The notes under the pieces are model-generated. The model made no database searches. It worked only from the letters and a program-made list of their open reading frames with translations, and had not been told where the DNA came from. Both the position numbers and the translations under genes were made by a program. Shown here piece by piece: positions 51,485 through 61,175 of a stretch of DNA of 64,000 nt. The DNA lies in the NCBI GenBank assembly GCA_029250225.1, contig JAQWUY010000016.1:79275-143274 (forward strand), read 5' to 3'. The stretch's first letter is position 1. Every line of letters begins with the position of its first letter. The DNA is from Alphaproteobacteria bacterium. Lineage in GTDB: Bacteria; Pseudomonadota; Alphaproteobacteria; JAQWUY01.

Positions 51485-52474
51485 ATGATGAATAAAGAAA
51501 CAATTAAGGAATCAATTAAATATTGCATTGATAATGTGCAATTACCACTAGATAATAAGTATAAAGGTAAAGTTCGAGATACTTATGATTTAGGAAAAGA
51601 TTTATTAATTATTACAACAGATCGCCAAAGTGCTTTTGACAGGTTATTAGGCCATATTCCTTTTAAAGGTCAGGTATTAAATCAAATTAGTTTATTTTGG
51701 TTTGAAAAAACAAAACACATAATAGATAATCATATTGTAGATAGTCCTGATGCTAATGCTGTTATAACTAAAAAATGCAAAGTTTTACCTATTGAGTTTA
51801 TAGTGCGTGGTTATATAACTGGTTCAACAAATACTTCATTATGGTATAATTATAAAAACGGAGCGCGTTCATATTGTGGACATAATTTACCAGATGGATT
51901 ACAAAAAAATCAAAAACTTGAAAAAAATATTGTCACTCCGACTACCAAAGAACAACACCAAGATCGTTTAATAACACCAAATCAAACTATATCAGAGGGT
52001 TGGCTTACAAAACAACAATGGGATTTTGCTTCCCAAAAAGCACTTGAATTATTTGAATATGGACAGAAAATTGCCAAAGAAAACGGATTAATATTGGCTG
52101 ATACTAAGTATGAATTTGGAATAGATGAAAATGATAATATTATCTTAATTGATGAAATCCACACACCAGATTCAAGTAGATATTGGATAAGTGAAGGTTA
52201 TGATGAATGTTTTGAAAATCAACAAGAGCCTCATATGATAGACAAAGAATTTTTCCGTTTATGGTTTAGGCAAAATTGCAATCCATATTCTAATCAAGAC
52301 TTACCGCAAGCACCGAGTGAATTAGTAGTTGAATTATCATCGAGATATATTGAATTATTTGAAAGAATTACTAATCAGAAATTTATTGCTGATTCCGATT
52401 ATAGCAAACTTAATGACCGAATTATAAACAATGTTAAAAATTATATGGATAATAATTTATTAAAGTATGGATAA
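51485..52474 (+). CDS. purC: SAICAR synthetase, long (~330 aa) form
   Basis: Motifs include GKVRDTY, ITTDRQSAFD, IVRGYITGS, LADTKYEFG and DEIHTPDSSRYW. It is about 90 aa longer than the E. coli-type PurC. Confidence 0.9.
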   Translation: MMNKETIKESIKYCIDNVQLPLDNKYKGKVRDTYDLGKDLLIITTDRQSAFDRLLGHIPFKGQVLNQISLFWFEKTKHIIDNHIVDSPDANAVITKKCKVLPIEFIVRGYITGSTNTSLWYNYKNGARSYCGHNLPDGLQKNQKLEKNIVTPTTKEQHQDRLITPNQTISEGWLTKQQWDFASQKALELFEYGQKIAKENGLILADTKYEFGIDENDNIILIDEIHTPDSSRYWISEGYDECFENQQEPHMIDKEFFRLWFRQNCNPYSNQDLPQAPSELVVELSSRYIELFERITNQKFIADSDYSKLNDRIINNVKNYMDNNLLKYG

Positions 52475-53816
52475 AATTATGACGAAAAAAATTCTTGTTA
52501 TTGGAAGTGGTGCTAGGGAACACGCAATAGTTAAATCAATAGTTAAATCAGATAAAAAGCCTAGTGTGTATTGTTTTTCATCTAGTATAAACCCAGCAAT
52601 AAAAAACATAGTTGTTGATTATTTTGTAGGCGATATTTTAAATGTTAAAAATATTTTGGATTGTGTTAAAAGTAATGAAATTGAAACAGTAATAATTGGA
52701 CCCGAGGCTCCCCTTGAAAAAGGTTTAGCTGATGTATTATGGGATAATAATATTGCAACTATTGGGCCAAAACAAAAGCTAGCCCAGCTAGAAACATCAA
52801 AAGGTTTTACAAGACAATTATTAAAAGATTACAATATATCGGGTAATCCATTCTTTCAAAAATTTACCTCTATTGAAGGGGCAAAAAAAGTCTTAAAAAA
52901 ATTACAAGATAAGTATGTTATAAAAGCTGATGGTTTAATGGGCGGTAAAGGTGTAAAGGTTTATGGCGATCATTTATTTTCACTACAAGATGGACTAGAT
53001 TATTGCAACGAATTGATAAATGCTGGTGGTGAGTTCGTAATAGAAGAAAAAATAATAGGACAAGAATTTTCACTTATTAGTTTTTGTGATGGTGAAAACT
53101 TAATTCATATGCCAATAGTCCAAGACCATAAAAGAGCTTTTATTGGTGATAAAGGCCCTAATACTGGTGGTATGGGAACATATACTGATTCAAATCATAG
53201 ATTACCTTTTATTAGTAGTGATGATATAGATAAAGCTAGAAAAATTAATGAAAATGTCGCCCTTGCATTAAAACAAAAATATAATGATGATTATAAAGGT
53301 ATATTGTACGGCGGTTTTATGGCAACAAGTGATGGGATAAAGTTAATAGAATATAATGCTAGATTTGGTGATCCAGAAGCAATGAATTTATTAACATTAC
53401 TTGAAACTGATTTCGTTGAAATAATCGATGCGATAATTGATAAAAAACTTGATAAAGTAAAAGTTAAATTCTTAAATAAAGCAACTGTATGTAAATATGT
53501 CGTGCCTAATGGATATCCAGATAATCCGTTAAAAGGTGAATTAATTAATATTGATAACTTTTCCGATAATATACCAATTTTCTTGGGGGCTGTGGATATG
53601 CAAGATAGTAATATGATAGCCACAGGTTCGCGAACATTAGCAATTGTCGGGGTTGCTGATACTATTGCACAGGCGGAACAAATTGCACAAACAGAAGTCG
53701 AAAAAATACAAGGTAATTTTTTCCACCGCAAAGATATTGGAACAGCTGAATTAATTAATATTCGTATCGAGCATATGAATAAATTAAGAGGAAAAAATAC
53801 ATATAATAAGATGTAA
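52467..53816 (+). CDS. purD: Phosphoribosylamine--glycine ligase
   Basis: 449 aa with an ATP-grasp fold, ILVIGSGAREHAI, IKADGLMGGKGV and EYNARFGDPE. The alternative start ATG 52479 (MTKKIL) avoids the 8-nt overlap with purC. Confidence 0.92.
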   Translation: MDKIMTKKILVIGSGAREHAIVKSIVKSDKKPSVYCFSSSINPAIKNIVVDYFVGDILNVKNILDCVKSNEIETVIIGPEAPLEKGLADVLWDNNIATIGPKQKLAQLETSKGFTRQLLKDYNISGNPFFQKFTSIEGAKKVLKKLQDKYVIKADGLMGGKGVKVYGDHLFSLQDGLDYCNELINAGGEFVIEEKIIGQEFSLISFCDGENLIHMPIVQDHKRAFIGDKGPNTGGMGTYTDSNHRLPFISSDDIDKARKINENVALALKQKYNDDYKGILYGGFMATSDGIKLIEYNARFGDPEAMNLLTLLETDFVEIIDAIIDKKLDKVKVKFLNKATVCKYVVPNGYPDNPLKGELINIDNFSDNIPIFLGAVDMQDSNMIATGSRTLAIVGVADTIAQAEQIAQTEVEKIQGNFFHRKDIGTAELINIRIEHMNKLRGKNTYNKM

Positions 53817-53831
53817 ATTAGGTATTGTATT

Positions 53832-54407
53832 ATGACATTAAATATTGCTATCATTGGTTCAACAAAAGGTACATCATCACAACAGATAATTGATGCTGTT
53901 AAAGGTGATGAAATTGATGCAAAAATATCATTTATAATATCTGATAAGCAAGATTCGGGAATATTAGAACGAGCTAAAAAATATGATATTAATGGTGTAT
54001 TTCTGCCGGTTAATGGATTATCTAGAAGTGAATATGATAATAAATTAAATGAACAGTTAAAAAATGAAAGCATCGATATTATTATTTTAATAGGTTATAT
54101 GCGTATTTTAAGTGATGAATTTGTAAAAAAATGGAATAAAAAGTTGATAAATATTCATCCCTCTTTATTACCAAAATTTGCCGGCGGGATTAATAATAAT
54201 GTTCATAAATCTGTACTAGATGCTAATGAAAAAACAACCGGTTGTAGTGTACATTATGTTAGTGAAGTAATCGATGGCGGAGAAATAATTTTACAGAAAT
54301 CTTGTGATGTACTAGACACTGATAATGTAGAAACATTAAAGAAAAAAGTACAAGAATTGGAAAGTCAGGCCTTGTTAGAAGTAGTAAAAAATTGGAAAAG
54401 GAAATAA
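53832..54407 (+). CDS. purN: Phosphoribosylglycinamide formyltransferase
   Basis: 191 aa with [24 protein letters not shown] and [14 protein letters not shown]. Confidence 0.9.
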   Translation: MTLNIAIIGSTKGTSSQQIIDAVKGDEIDAKISFIISDKQDSGILERAKKYDINGVFLPVNGLSRSEYDNKLNEQLKNESIDIIILIGYMRILSDEFVKKWNKKLINIHPSLLPKFAGGINNNVHKSVLDANEKTTGCSVHYVSEVIDGGEIILQKSCDVLDTDNVETLKKKVQELESQALLEVVKNWKRK

Positions 54408-54408
54408 A

Positions 54409-54915
54409 ATGACGGCAAAAGTTGGTATAGTTATGGGTTCAAAATCCGATTGGTCAACAATGATTGAAACAACAAAAATTTTAGACGAATTAAATATTCC
54501 TTATGAAAAACAAGTTGTATCGGCACACAGAACACCTGATTTATTATTTGAATATGCACAAAATGCAAAAACAAGAGGTATAAAGATAATCATTGCAGGT
54601 GCGGGTGGTTCGGCACATTTACCTGGTATGATTGCATCAAAAACTACTTTGCCTGTTTTAGGAGTTCCAATACAAAGTAAGGCATTGGACGGTATGGATT
54701 CATTGTTATCTATTGTACAAATGCCGGGGGGAATACCTGTTGGCACTTTGGCAATTGGTAAAGCAGGGGCTAAGAATGCGGGAATATTGGCAAGTTCAAT
54801 ATTGGCAAATTCTTGTCCAGAAATTGATAAAAATTTAACTCAGTATCGTAAAAAAGCGACAGATAATATTTTATCAGATTTAACATTATCAGAAAAAGAT
54901 TTAATAAAGGGTTAA
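54409..54915 (+). CDS. purE: N5-carboxyaminoimidazole ribonucleotide mutase (class I PurE)
   Basis: 168 aa with [16 protein letters not shown] and [12 protein letters not shown]. The adjacent purK supports a class I assignment. Confidence 0.93.
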   Translation: MTAKVGIVMGSKSDWSTMIETTKILDELNIPYEKQVVSAHRTPDLLFEYAQNAKTRGIKIIIAGAGGSAHLPGMIASKTTLPVLGVPIQSKALDGMDSLLSIVQMPGGIPVGTLAIGKAGAKNAGILASSILANSCPEIDKNLTQYRKKATDNILSDLTLSEKDLIKG

Positions 54916-54919
54916 GAAA

Positions 54920-56005
54920 ATGACAAAAGTTGGTATATTTGGTTCAGGACAATTAGCACGAATGATGGCATTAGCAGTGCGCCCATTTGGAATTGAAGTT
55001 ATATGTGCTGGAAATAAAAATGATTGTGCAAGTGATGTAGCAACTGTTGTTGAAGTCGATATGTCTTGTGAAAAATCTATAAACAATTTTCTTGATAAAG
55101 TTGATTATGCCACATTTGAAACAGAAAATATTGAAACTGAACATCTATTAAACAAAGAAAATATTTATCCTCCTGTATCGGTTTTACACATTGGACAAAA
55201 TCGTTTAAACGAAAAAAAATATTTTAACGGTAACAATATGGTAACCGCACCCTATAAAGCAGTAAATTCATTGCAAGATTTACAAAATGCTGTTTCTGAA
55301 ATTGGTATACCTTGTATATTAAAGACTTGTTGCGGTGGCTATGATGGCAAAGGTCAATTTGTACTAAAAGATTCATCGTATATTGAAGATGCTTGGAATG
55401 AGCTAGGAGATCAAGGACAATTAATATTAGAAGGTTTTGTTGATTTTGATTATGAAGTTTCATTAATAGGGGTAAGAGCAAGAGATGGACAAAAATTATT
55501 TTACCCACTAACTGAAAATGTACATATTGATGGAATTTTACACACATCAACAGTTCCATCAAAGGCACAAAATTTACAAATACAGACCGAAGAATATATG
55601 GGTAATTTCTTAGATAAATTAAATTATGTCGGAGTTATGACAATTGAATTTTTTGTTAAAACAAACAAAAACGGTATCGCAGAAAGAATTATTGCTAATG
55701 AAATGGCGCCGAGAGTTCATAATTCTGGACACTGGACAATTGATGGTGCAACTTCATCTCAGTTTGAAAACCACATTCGTGCCGTTGCAGGATTGCCCCT
55801 AGGCGATGTTTCGTATAATAAAAGTGTAATGGTTAATTGTATAGGTTCAATGCCGGATTTGCAAAAAACTTTAAAATTACCAAACATAAAATATCATTCT
55901 TATCAAAAAGAACCTAGAAGTAAAAGAAAAGTTGGACACATAAACTTAGTTGGCGAACAAACTATTTCACAAAATCTAGATAAAATTTTAGGCATAATTA
56001 AATAA
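54920..56005 (+). CDS. purK: N5-carboxyaminoimidazole ribonucleotide synthase
   Basis: 361 aa with an ATP-grasp fold, GIFGSGQLARMM, GYDGKGQ, NEMAPRVHNSGHWT and RKVGHINL. Confidence 0.92.
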   Translation: MTKVGIFGSGQLARMMALAVRPFGIEVICAGNKNDCASDVATVVEVDMSCEKSINNFLDKVDYATFETENIETEHLLNKENIYPPVSVLHIGQNRLNEKKYFNGNNMVTAPYKAVNSLQDLQNAVSEIGIPCILKTCCGGYDGKGQFVLKDSSYIEDAWNELGDQGQLILEGFVDFDYEVSLIGVRARDGQKLFYPLTENVHIDGILHTSTVPSKAQNLQIQTEEYMGNFLDKLNYVGVMTIEFFVKTNKNGIAERIIANEMAPRVHNSGHWTIDGATSSQFENHIRAVAGLPLGDVSYNKSVMVNCIGSMPDLQKTLKLPNIKYHSYQKEPRSKRKVGHINLVGEQTISQNLDKILGIIK

Positions 56006-56463
56006 TAACTAATTTTTATAAAAATAAATTGTGTATGAAGTATATTTTTACTTATTAATAGCGAATCACATTATATAATAAGCCATAATATTAGCAATTA
56101 AAACAGAATTTAATTAATACAATATTTATCCTATAATTATTTATTAAACAAGATTTATAGGGGTTAAATACACCTTTACAAAACAAATACTATATATAAT
56201 AAACTACAATCCCCTTTATTACTTAAACATATGAAATTAATGAATTATTTGTAATAAAAACAACTAGAAATAGATAAAAGTTATGGCGAAAATGCATCGT
56301 CATTGTATCTATTTCACCGCTGTATAGGTTAAAAAGGTTTATATTATTTATTTAGATTTCTTATATAATATGATTGATAAATTTTTAGTCTTGTGTATTA
56401 TTTTGTAGCGTATTAATACTTTTTCGTATTAATTTCAATATTATTAAATTTAGGGAGAGTTTT

Positions 56464-57462
56464 ATGAAAATATTCAAAAATTACAAAAAGATTGCATTAG
56501 TTGCGACATTACTTACTTTAACACCTCAAATCACTCAAGCAAAAGATTACATTTTGAACACTGCATCTACAGGTGGTACCTATCATCCTGTGGGCACTGC
56601 TATTTCAACGTTAAGTAAAATTAAATTATTACCAAAATATAAATTTTCATTAACAGCAGTTAATTCGGCCGGTTCTGGTGCGAATGTTCAAGCACTGGGT
56701 TCAAAAAATGCTGATTTTGCTATTTTACAGGGTTTGTATGGGTTGTATGCATTAAATGGCACAGGACCTGTTACTGAACCACAAAAAAATATTCGTTCAA
56801 TTACAATGTTATGGGAAGATATAGAACATTTTATTATTCCAGTTGATAAGGTTAATACAGGTAATATATCTGATCTTGTTGCATTAAAAGGACAAACAGC
56901 AGGTATGGGCAAAGAAAATTCGGGTGCCCTTGGTTCTAATGAAGTAATATTATCGGGTATAGGAATTGATATTTATAAAGATTATCAACTTGTTTACGGT
57001 GGTTATGGTCCAACTCTTGATGCAATGGCAAATGGTCAAGTTGTAGTATCAGGTATTCCATCAGGTATATCAACTAGTGCAATAACTAAATTAATGGCTA
57101 GTAATAAAGGTAAATTTATAATTTTAGATATTACTGATGAACAAAGAGTAAGAATTGATGCTGGTCGTAAATTATGGAGAAACTATAAAATTAAGGCTGG
57201 TTCTTACCCAGGTCAAGATAAAGATGTTAATACTATCTCACAACCTAATTTCTTGGCTGTAAATAATAGTGTTGACGAAGAACATGTATATAGACTTACA
57301 AAATCTATATATGAAAACTTGCCATTTTTACAAGCTATTCACCCAGCAACAAAAGAAATGGCTATTGAAAAAGCAATTGCTGGATTGCCTGTCCCTTTAC
57401 ACCCAGGCGCCAAGAGATATTACAAAGAAATAGGATTAAAAATCCCTTCTCATTTAGAATAA
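56464..57462 (+). CDS. TRAP transporter solute-binding protein, TAXI family
   Basis: 332 aa with a signal peptide. TASTGGTYHPVGTAIS is the TAXI signature, and the C-terminal PLHPGAKRYYKE is typical of the family. Confidence 0.88.
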   Translation: MKIFKNYKKIALVATLLTLTPQITQAKDYILNTASTGGTYHPVGTAISTLSKIKLLPKYKFSLTAVNSAGSGANVQALGSKNADFAILQGLYGLYALNGTGPVTEPQKNIRSITMLWEDIEHFIIPVDKVNTGNISDLVALKGQTAGMGKENSGALGSNEVILSGIGIDIYKDYQLVYGGYGPTLDAMANGQVVVSGIPSGISTSAITKLMASNKGKFIILDITDEQRVRIDAGRKLWRNYKIKAGSYPGQDKDVNTISQPNFLAVNNSVDEEHVYRLTKSIYENLPFLQAIHPATKEMAIEKAIAGLPVPLHPGAKRYYKEIGLKIPSHLE

Positions 57463-57488
57463 AAATAATTTAAATTAATAAAATATTT

Positions 57489-57518
57489 AATGAAGGTACA
57501 TTAAAATGTGCCTTCATT
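57489..57518 (+). terminator. Intra-operon stem-loop between the TAXI binding-protein gene and the permease gene
   Basis: AATGAAGGTACA-TTAAAA-TGTGCCTTCATT forms a 12-bp stem (one G-U) with a 6-nt loop. No T-tract follows, so it is more likely a partial attenuator or mRNA-stabilising hairpin than a full terminator. Confidence 0.45.
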
Positions 57519-57536
57519 AATTGAAAGTGATAAATA

Positions 57537-59705
57537 ATGGCAAACACTATAGAAAAAAATTTAGAGTTTAAAAGAAACAGTGCATTTGATATATTTGACA
57601 AAGAAAATCGTTCGATTTTTGTAATTTTGTTTTCTGTTGCTTTTGGTATATGGCATATCGCGACAAACATATATATTGTTGAACCTATTCATACACAAAA
57701 TGCTATACATTTCGCAGGTTACTGTATCTTAGCTCCTATTGTTTTTAGTACATTTAAACAAAATTCAGATAAACCATATGCTTGGTTTTTTGATGTCATT
57801 TATGGTTTATTGAGTGCGGCGGCGATTTTATGGATGGCGTATATAGAAAATGATATCTATCAGAGAACTTTATCATTAACAGGACAGCAATGGCAATTTA
57901 GCTTAATAGATTGGGTTGCTGGAATTTTTGTTATTTTTGTTTGTCTTGATTTATCTCGCCGTGTTTCGGGTTGGATTATTCCTTTGTTAATAATGATATC
58001 TTTATCTTATATATTATTCTTAGGAAGTTATTTACCTGGTATTTTCCGTTCAGCTAGTTTGCCAATAAGTGATGTTTTATTCCGTAGTTTATATAATGAC
58101 GAGGGAATATTGGGAACATTAACTACTATATCATCAACTAATATAACCTTGTTTATGATTTTCGGTGGTTTTTTGGTTGTCTCTGGTGCAAGTGATTTTG
58201 TAATTGAATTATCAAAAATAGTGGCAGGCCGTATAAAAGGTGGGGCTGGCTTTGTGGCTGTTATTTCTTCGGCTTTAACAGGAACAATATCAGGCTCAGC
58301 TATTGCAAATACTGCATCAACAGGTGTTATTACTATCCCATTAATGAAATCAAATGGTTTTCGTGCACAATTTGCAGGTGGAGTAGAGGCGGCTAGTTCT
58401 ACCGGTGGTCAATTGATGCCACCAATTATGGGGGCAGGGGCATTTATTATGGCAAGTTATACCTCTATTCCTTATTATAGTATAGTTATGGTTTCTATTG
58501 TTCCAGCTCTTTTATATTTTATGTCTGTTGCTTTTGTTATTAGAATCGAATCTGTAAAGTATGATGTTGGTTCAGAAATAGATTTGGTTGTAGATAAGGC
58601 TAAATTATTATCTGGTGGACTAGTATTTATCATTCCATTAGCTGTAATGATTTATATGTTGTTATCTGGTGTTACGCCGTCTTATTCAGCTTGCGGAGCA
58701 ATTATAGCAGTTATCTTAACATCTTGGGCAACTAACATTTTATCTAAGGTATTTTCAAATAAAATATTTAATTCGATTGTTTTAGGGCCTGTACAAATAA
58801 CAGAAGCAATTACATATGGTATCCGCAGTGCTATTGTAACAGCAATTCTATTAGTAAGTATTGGTATTATCAATAATGCAATTGTAACTAGTGGTGTTGG
58901 CAATAGCTTTTCATTAATGATTGCTCAATGGTCACAAGGTTCTATATTACTTGCTATTGTTCTTGTTGGTCTTGTATCACTTGTGCTTGGTATGGGATTG
59001 CCAACTACGGCATCGTATATAATTTTGGCTATTTTGACGGCTCCTGCATTATCAGGTATTATGTCTGATACATTAATTGTAAAACAACTAGTTGCTGGTA
59101 TTTCTGATCCAGTTAAATCAAACTTATTCTTGTTAATTGATCACCCTAATGTAGCGAAAATAACTACTGGTATGACTGAAAGTCAAGCTTGGGATTTAAT
59201 GTATGCAATTCCATTCGAGATAATTACTACTATTCGTCCTGTTTTAGTTGATACTACAACTGCAACGACATTTTTATTAATTGCGCATTTAATTATTTTT
59301 TGGCTTAGCCAAGATTCAAATGTTACACCTCCTGTGTGTCTTACTGCATTTACTGCGGCTGCTATTGCAGGTTCGCGTCCTATGGCAACAGGATTTGAAA
59401 GTTGGAAGCTTGCAAAAGGGCTTTATATTATTCCGTTGATGTTTGCATACACTCCTTTAATATCTGGTGGATTTTGGGAAATATTGCAAGTTGGATTTTT
59501 CGGATTGTTTGGTATTTACGGTACTAATGCGATAATTCAATTATACAGTGAAGGGCCGATTGGCATTAAAGAAATATTTATATTAGCAACAGGTGCTTTC
59601 CTATCTTATTTACCATTGAATTTAGTTGCTAATATTCTTGGTGCATCGATAATATTATTCGTTATGTTTTACACTAGCTCAAAAAATAAAAAATTACGAG
59701 TATGA
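57537..59705 (+). CDS. TRAP transporter fused permease (DctQ-DctM fusion, TAXI-associated)
   Basis: 722 aa with about 18 predicted TM segments. The fused small and large subunits are typical of TAXI-TRAP systems, and it lies immediately downstream of the TAXI gene. Confidence 0.85.
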   Translation: MANTIEKNLEFKRNSAFDIFDKENRSIFVILFSVAFGIWHIATNIYIVEPIHTQNAIHFAGYCILAPIVFSTFKQNSDKPYAWFFDVIYGLLSAAAILWMAYIENDIYQRTLSLTGQQWQFSLIDWVAGIFVIFVCLDLSRRVSGWIIPLLIMISLSYILFLGSYLPGIFRSASLPISDVLFRSLYNDEGILGTLTTISSTNITLFMIFGGFLVVSGASDFVIELSKIVAGRIKGGAGFVAVISSALTGTISGSAIANTASTGVITIPLMKSNGFRAQFAGGVEAASSTGGQLMPPIMGAGAFIMASYTSIPYYSIVMVSIVPALLYFMSVAFVIRIESVKYDVGSEIDLVVDKAKLLSGGLVFIIPLAVMIYMLLSGVTPSYSACGAIIAVILTSWATNILSKVFSNKIFNSIVLGPVQITEAITYGIRSAIVTAILLVSIGIINNAIVTSGVGNSFSLMIAQWSQGSILLAIVLVGLVSLVLGMGLPTTASYIILAILTAPALSGIMSDTLIVKQLVAGISDPVKSNLFLLIDHPNVAKITTGMTESQAWDLMYAIPFEIITTIRPVLVDTTTATTFLLIAHLIIFWLSQDSNVTPPVCLTAFTAAAIAGSRPMATGFESWKLAKGLYIIPLMFAYTPLISGGFWEILQVGFFGLFGIYGTNAIIQLYSEGPIGIKEIFILATGAFLSYLPLNLVANILGASIILFVMFYTSSKNKKLRV

Positions 59706-60898
59706 AAGAAACAAGCGATATATTAATTGTTGGAGCTGGAATAGTAGGTATTGCAACCGCTTTGGAATTGCAAAAAACTAATTCAGCTTTGACAATTACT
59801 GTGATAGAAAAAGAAAAATATTCTTCTTGTCATCAATCAGGTAACAATTCTGGTGTGGTTCACGCTGGTATTTATTACGAACCAGAAAGTTTAAAGGCAA
59901 AGTTTTGTTCACAGGGTTTGAAAGCAACTGAAAAATTTTGTAAAGAACATAACTTGCCTTATAACAAAGTAGGAAAGTTAATCGTAGCGACTAACGAAGA
60001 TGAAGTTTTAAGATTAAAAAAGTTAGAAGAACGAGCAAAAGCTAATGGAATAGTTGTAGAAATTATAAATAAAGCAGAACTAAGAAAGTTAGAACCAAAT
60101 ATAAATGGGTTACAGGCATTATATTCACCTAATACAGCCATTACAGATTACAAACAAATAGTATTTAAAATGGAAGAGATTTTTAAGTCTAATGGTGGTG
60201 TCATCTACTACGAGGAAAAAGTTATATCAGGTAAAGAAAATGATAATTGTGTCGTAGTAAAAACAAATAAAAGAACAATAGAATGTAGTAAAGTTATAAA
60301 TTGTGCGGGACTTCATTCTGATAAAATTGTAGAATCATTTGGCTGTAATCCAAATTATAAGATAATTCCTTTTAGAGGTGAATTCTTCCGTTTAAATAAT
60401 CAGCCCAATGATTTAGTTAAACATCTTATTTATCCAGTTCCCAATCCTGAAAGACCTTTTCTTGGGGTTCATTTAACACCTAAAATACAAGGTGGCTTTA
60501 CGGTTGGCCCAAATGCAGTACTTGCATTTAAACGAGAAGGTTATAAACTAACAAATTTTAATTTTAAAGAATTTATAGATACTATTTTTTATAAAGGTTT
60601 CTGGATTATGTTATGGAATAATAAAAAATCAGCTGTTTCTGAATTAATAGATTCTATTTCAAAACTAGCTTATTTAAAAAGAGTTAATAAATATTGCTCA
60701 CAAATTAAGTTGAATGATTTAGGACATTATCCCGCAGGTGTCCGAGCACAAGCGGTTTCATTGAACGGCAAGATAATAGATGACTTTTTATTTATTGAAA
60801 CCAAAAGATGCTTACACATAGGAAATGCACCCTCACCTGCAGCAACATCTTCAATACCAATTGCAAAATATATAGTTAATAAAATTAATATTAATTAA
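59702..60898 (+). CDS. lhgO: L-2-hydroxyglutarate oxidase/dehydrogenase (FAD-dependent)
   Basis: 398 aa. DILIVGAGIVGIATA..IEKE..CHQSGNNSGVVHAGIYYEPESLKAKFC..GKLIVAT parallels my recollection of E. coli LhgO (YgaF) almost position by position. It has an ATGA overlap with the permease stop. Confidence 0.85.
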   Translation: MKETSDILIVGAGIVGIATALELQKTNSALTITVIEKEKYSSCHQSGNNSGVVHAGIYYEPESLKAKFCSQGLKATEKFCKEHNLPYNKVGKLIVATNEDEVLRLKKLEERAKANGIVVEIINKAELRKLEPNINGLQALYSPNTAITDYKQIVFKMEEIFKSNGGVIYYEEKVISGKENDNCVVVKTNKRTIECSKVINCAGLHSDKIVESFGCNPNYKIIPFRGEFFRLNNQPNDLVKHLIYPVPNPERPFLGVHLTPKIQGGFTVGPNAVLAFKREGYKLTNFNFKEFIDTIFYKGFWIMLWNNKKSAVSELIDSISKLAYLKRVNKYCSQIKLNDLGHYPAGVRAQAVSLNGKIIDDFLFIETKRCLHIGNAPSPAATSSIPIAKYIVNKININ

Positions 60899-61175
60899 AC
60901 TATTTGCTTTTTATTATAATATAATGTATTAATTGTGGCTTGTTACGAATGCTTTGTTATTCTACTGGCTTCATATGTTCGTTATTCTTATTAATGTAAA
61001 ATATTCTATGCATTATTCATCGTGATATATATTTGGTTTAATAACAGAGTTTTCGTAATAGATAATATGATTATATTAATTTATTTTTTATTAAAAAATC
61101 AATAATTTAAAGTTAATATGATTTAATAAACGTAATTTTTGTGTTACATTCTAATTTTAGAAAGGATTTCAAAAT

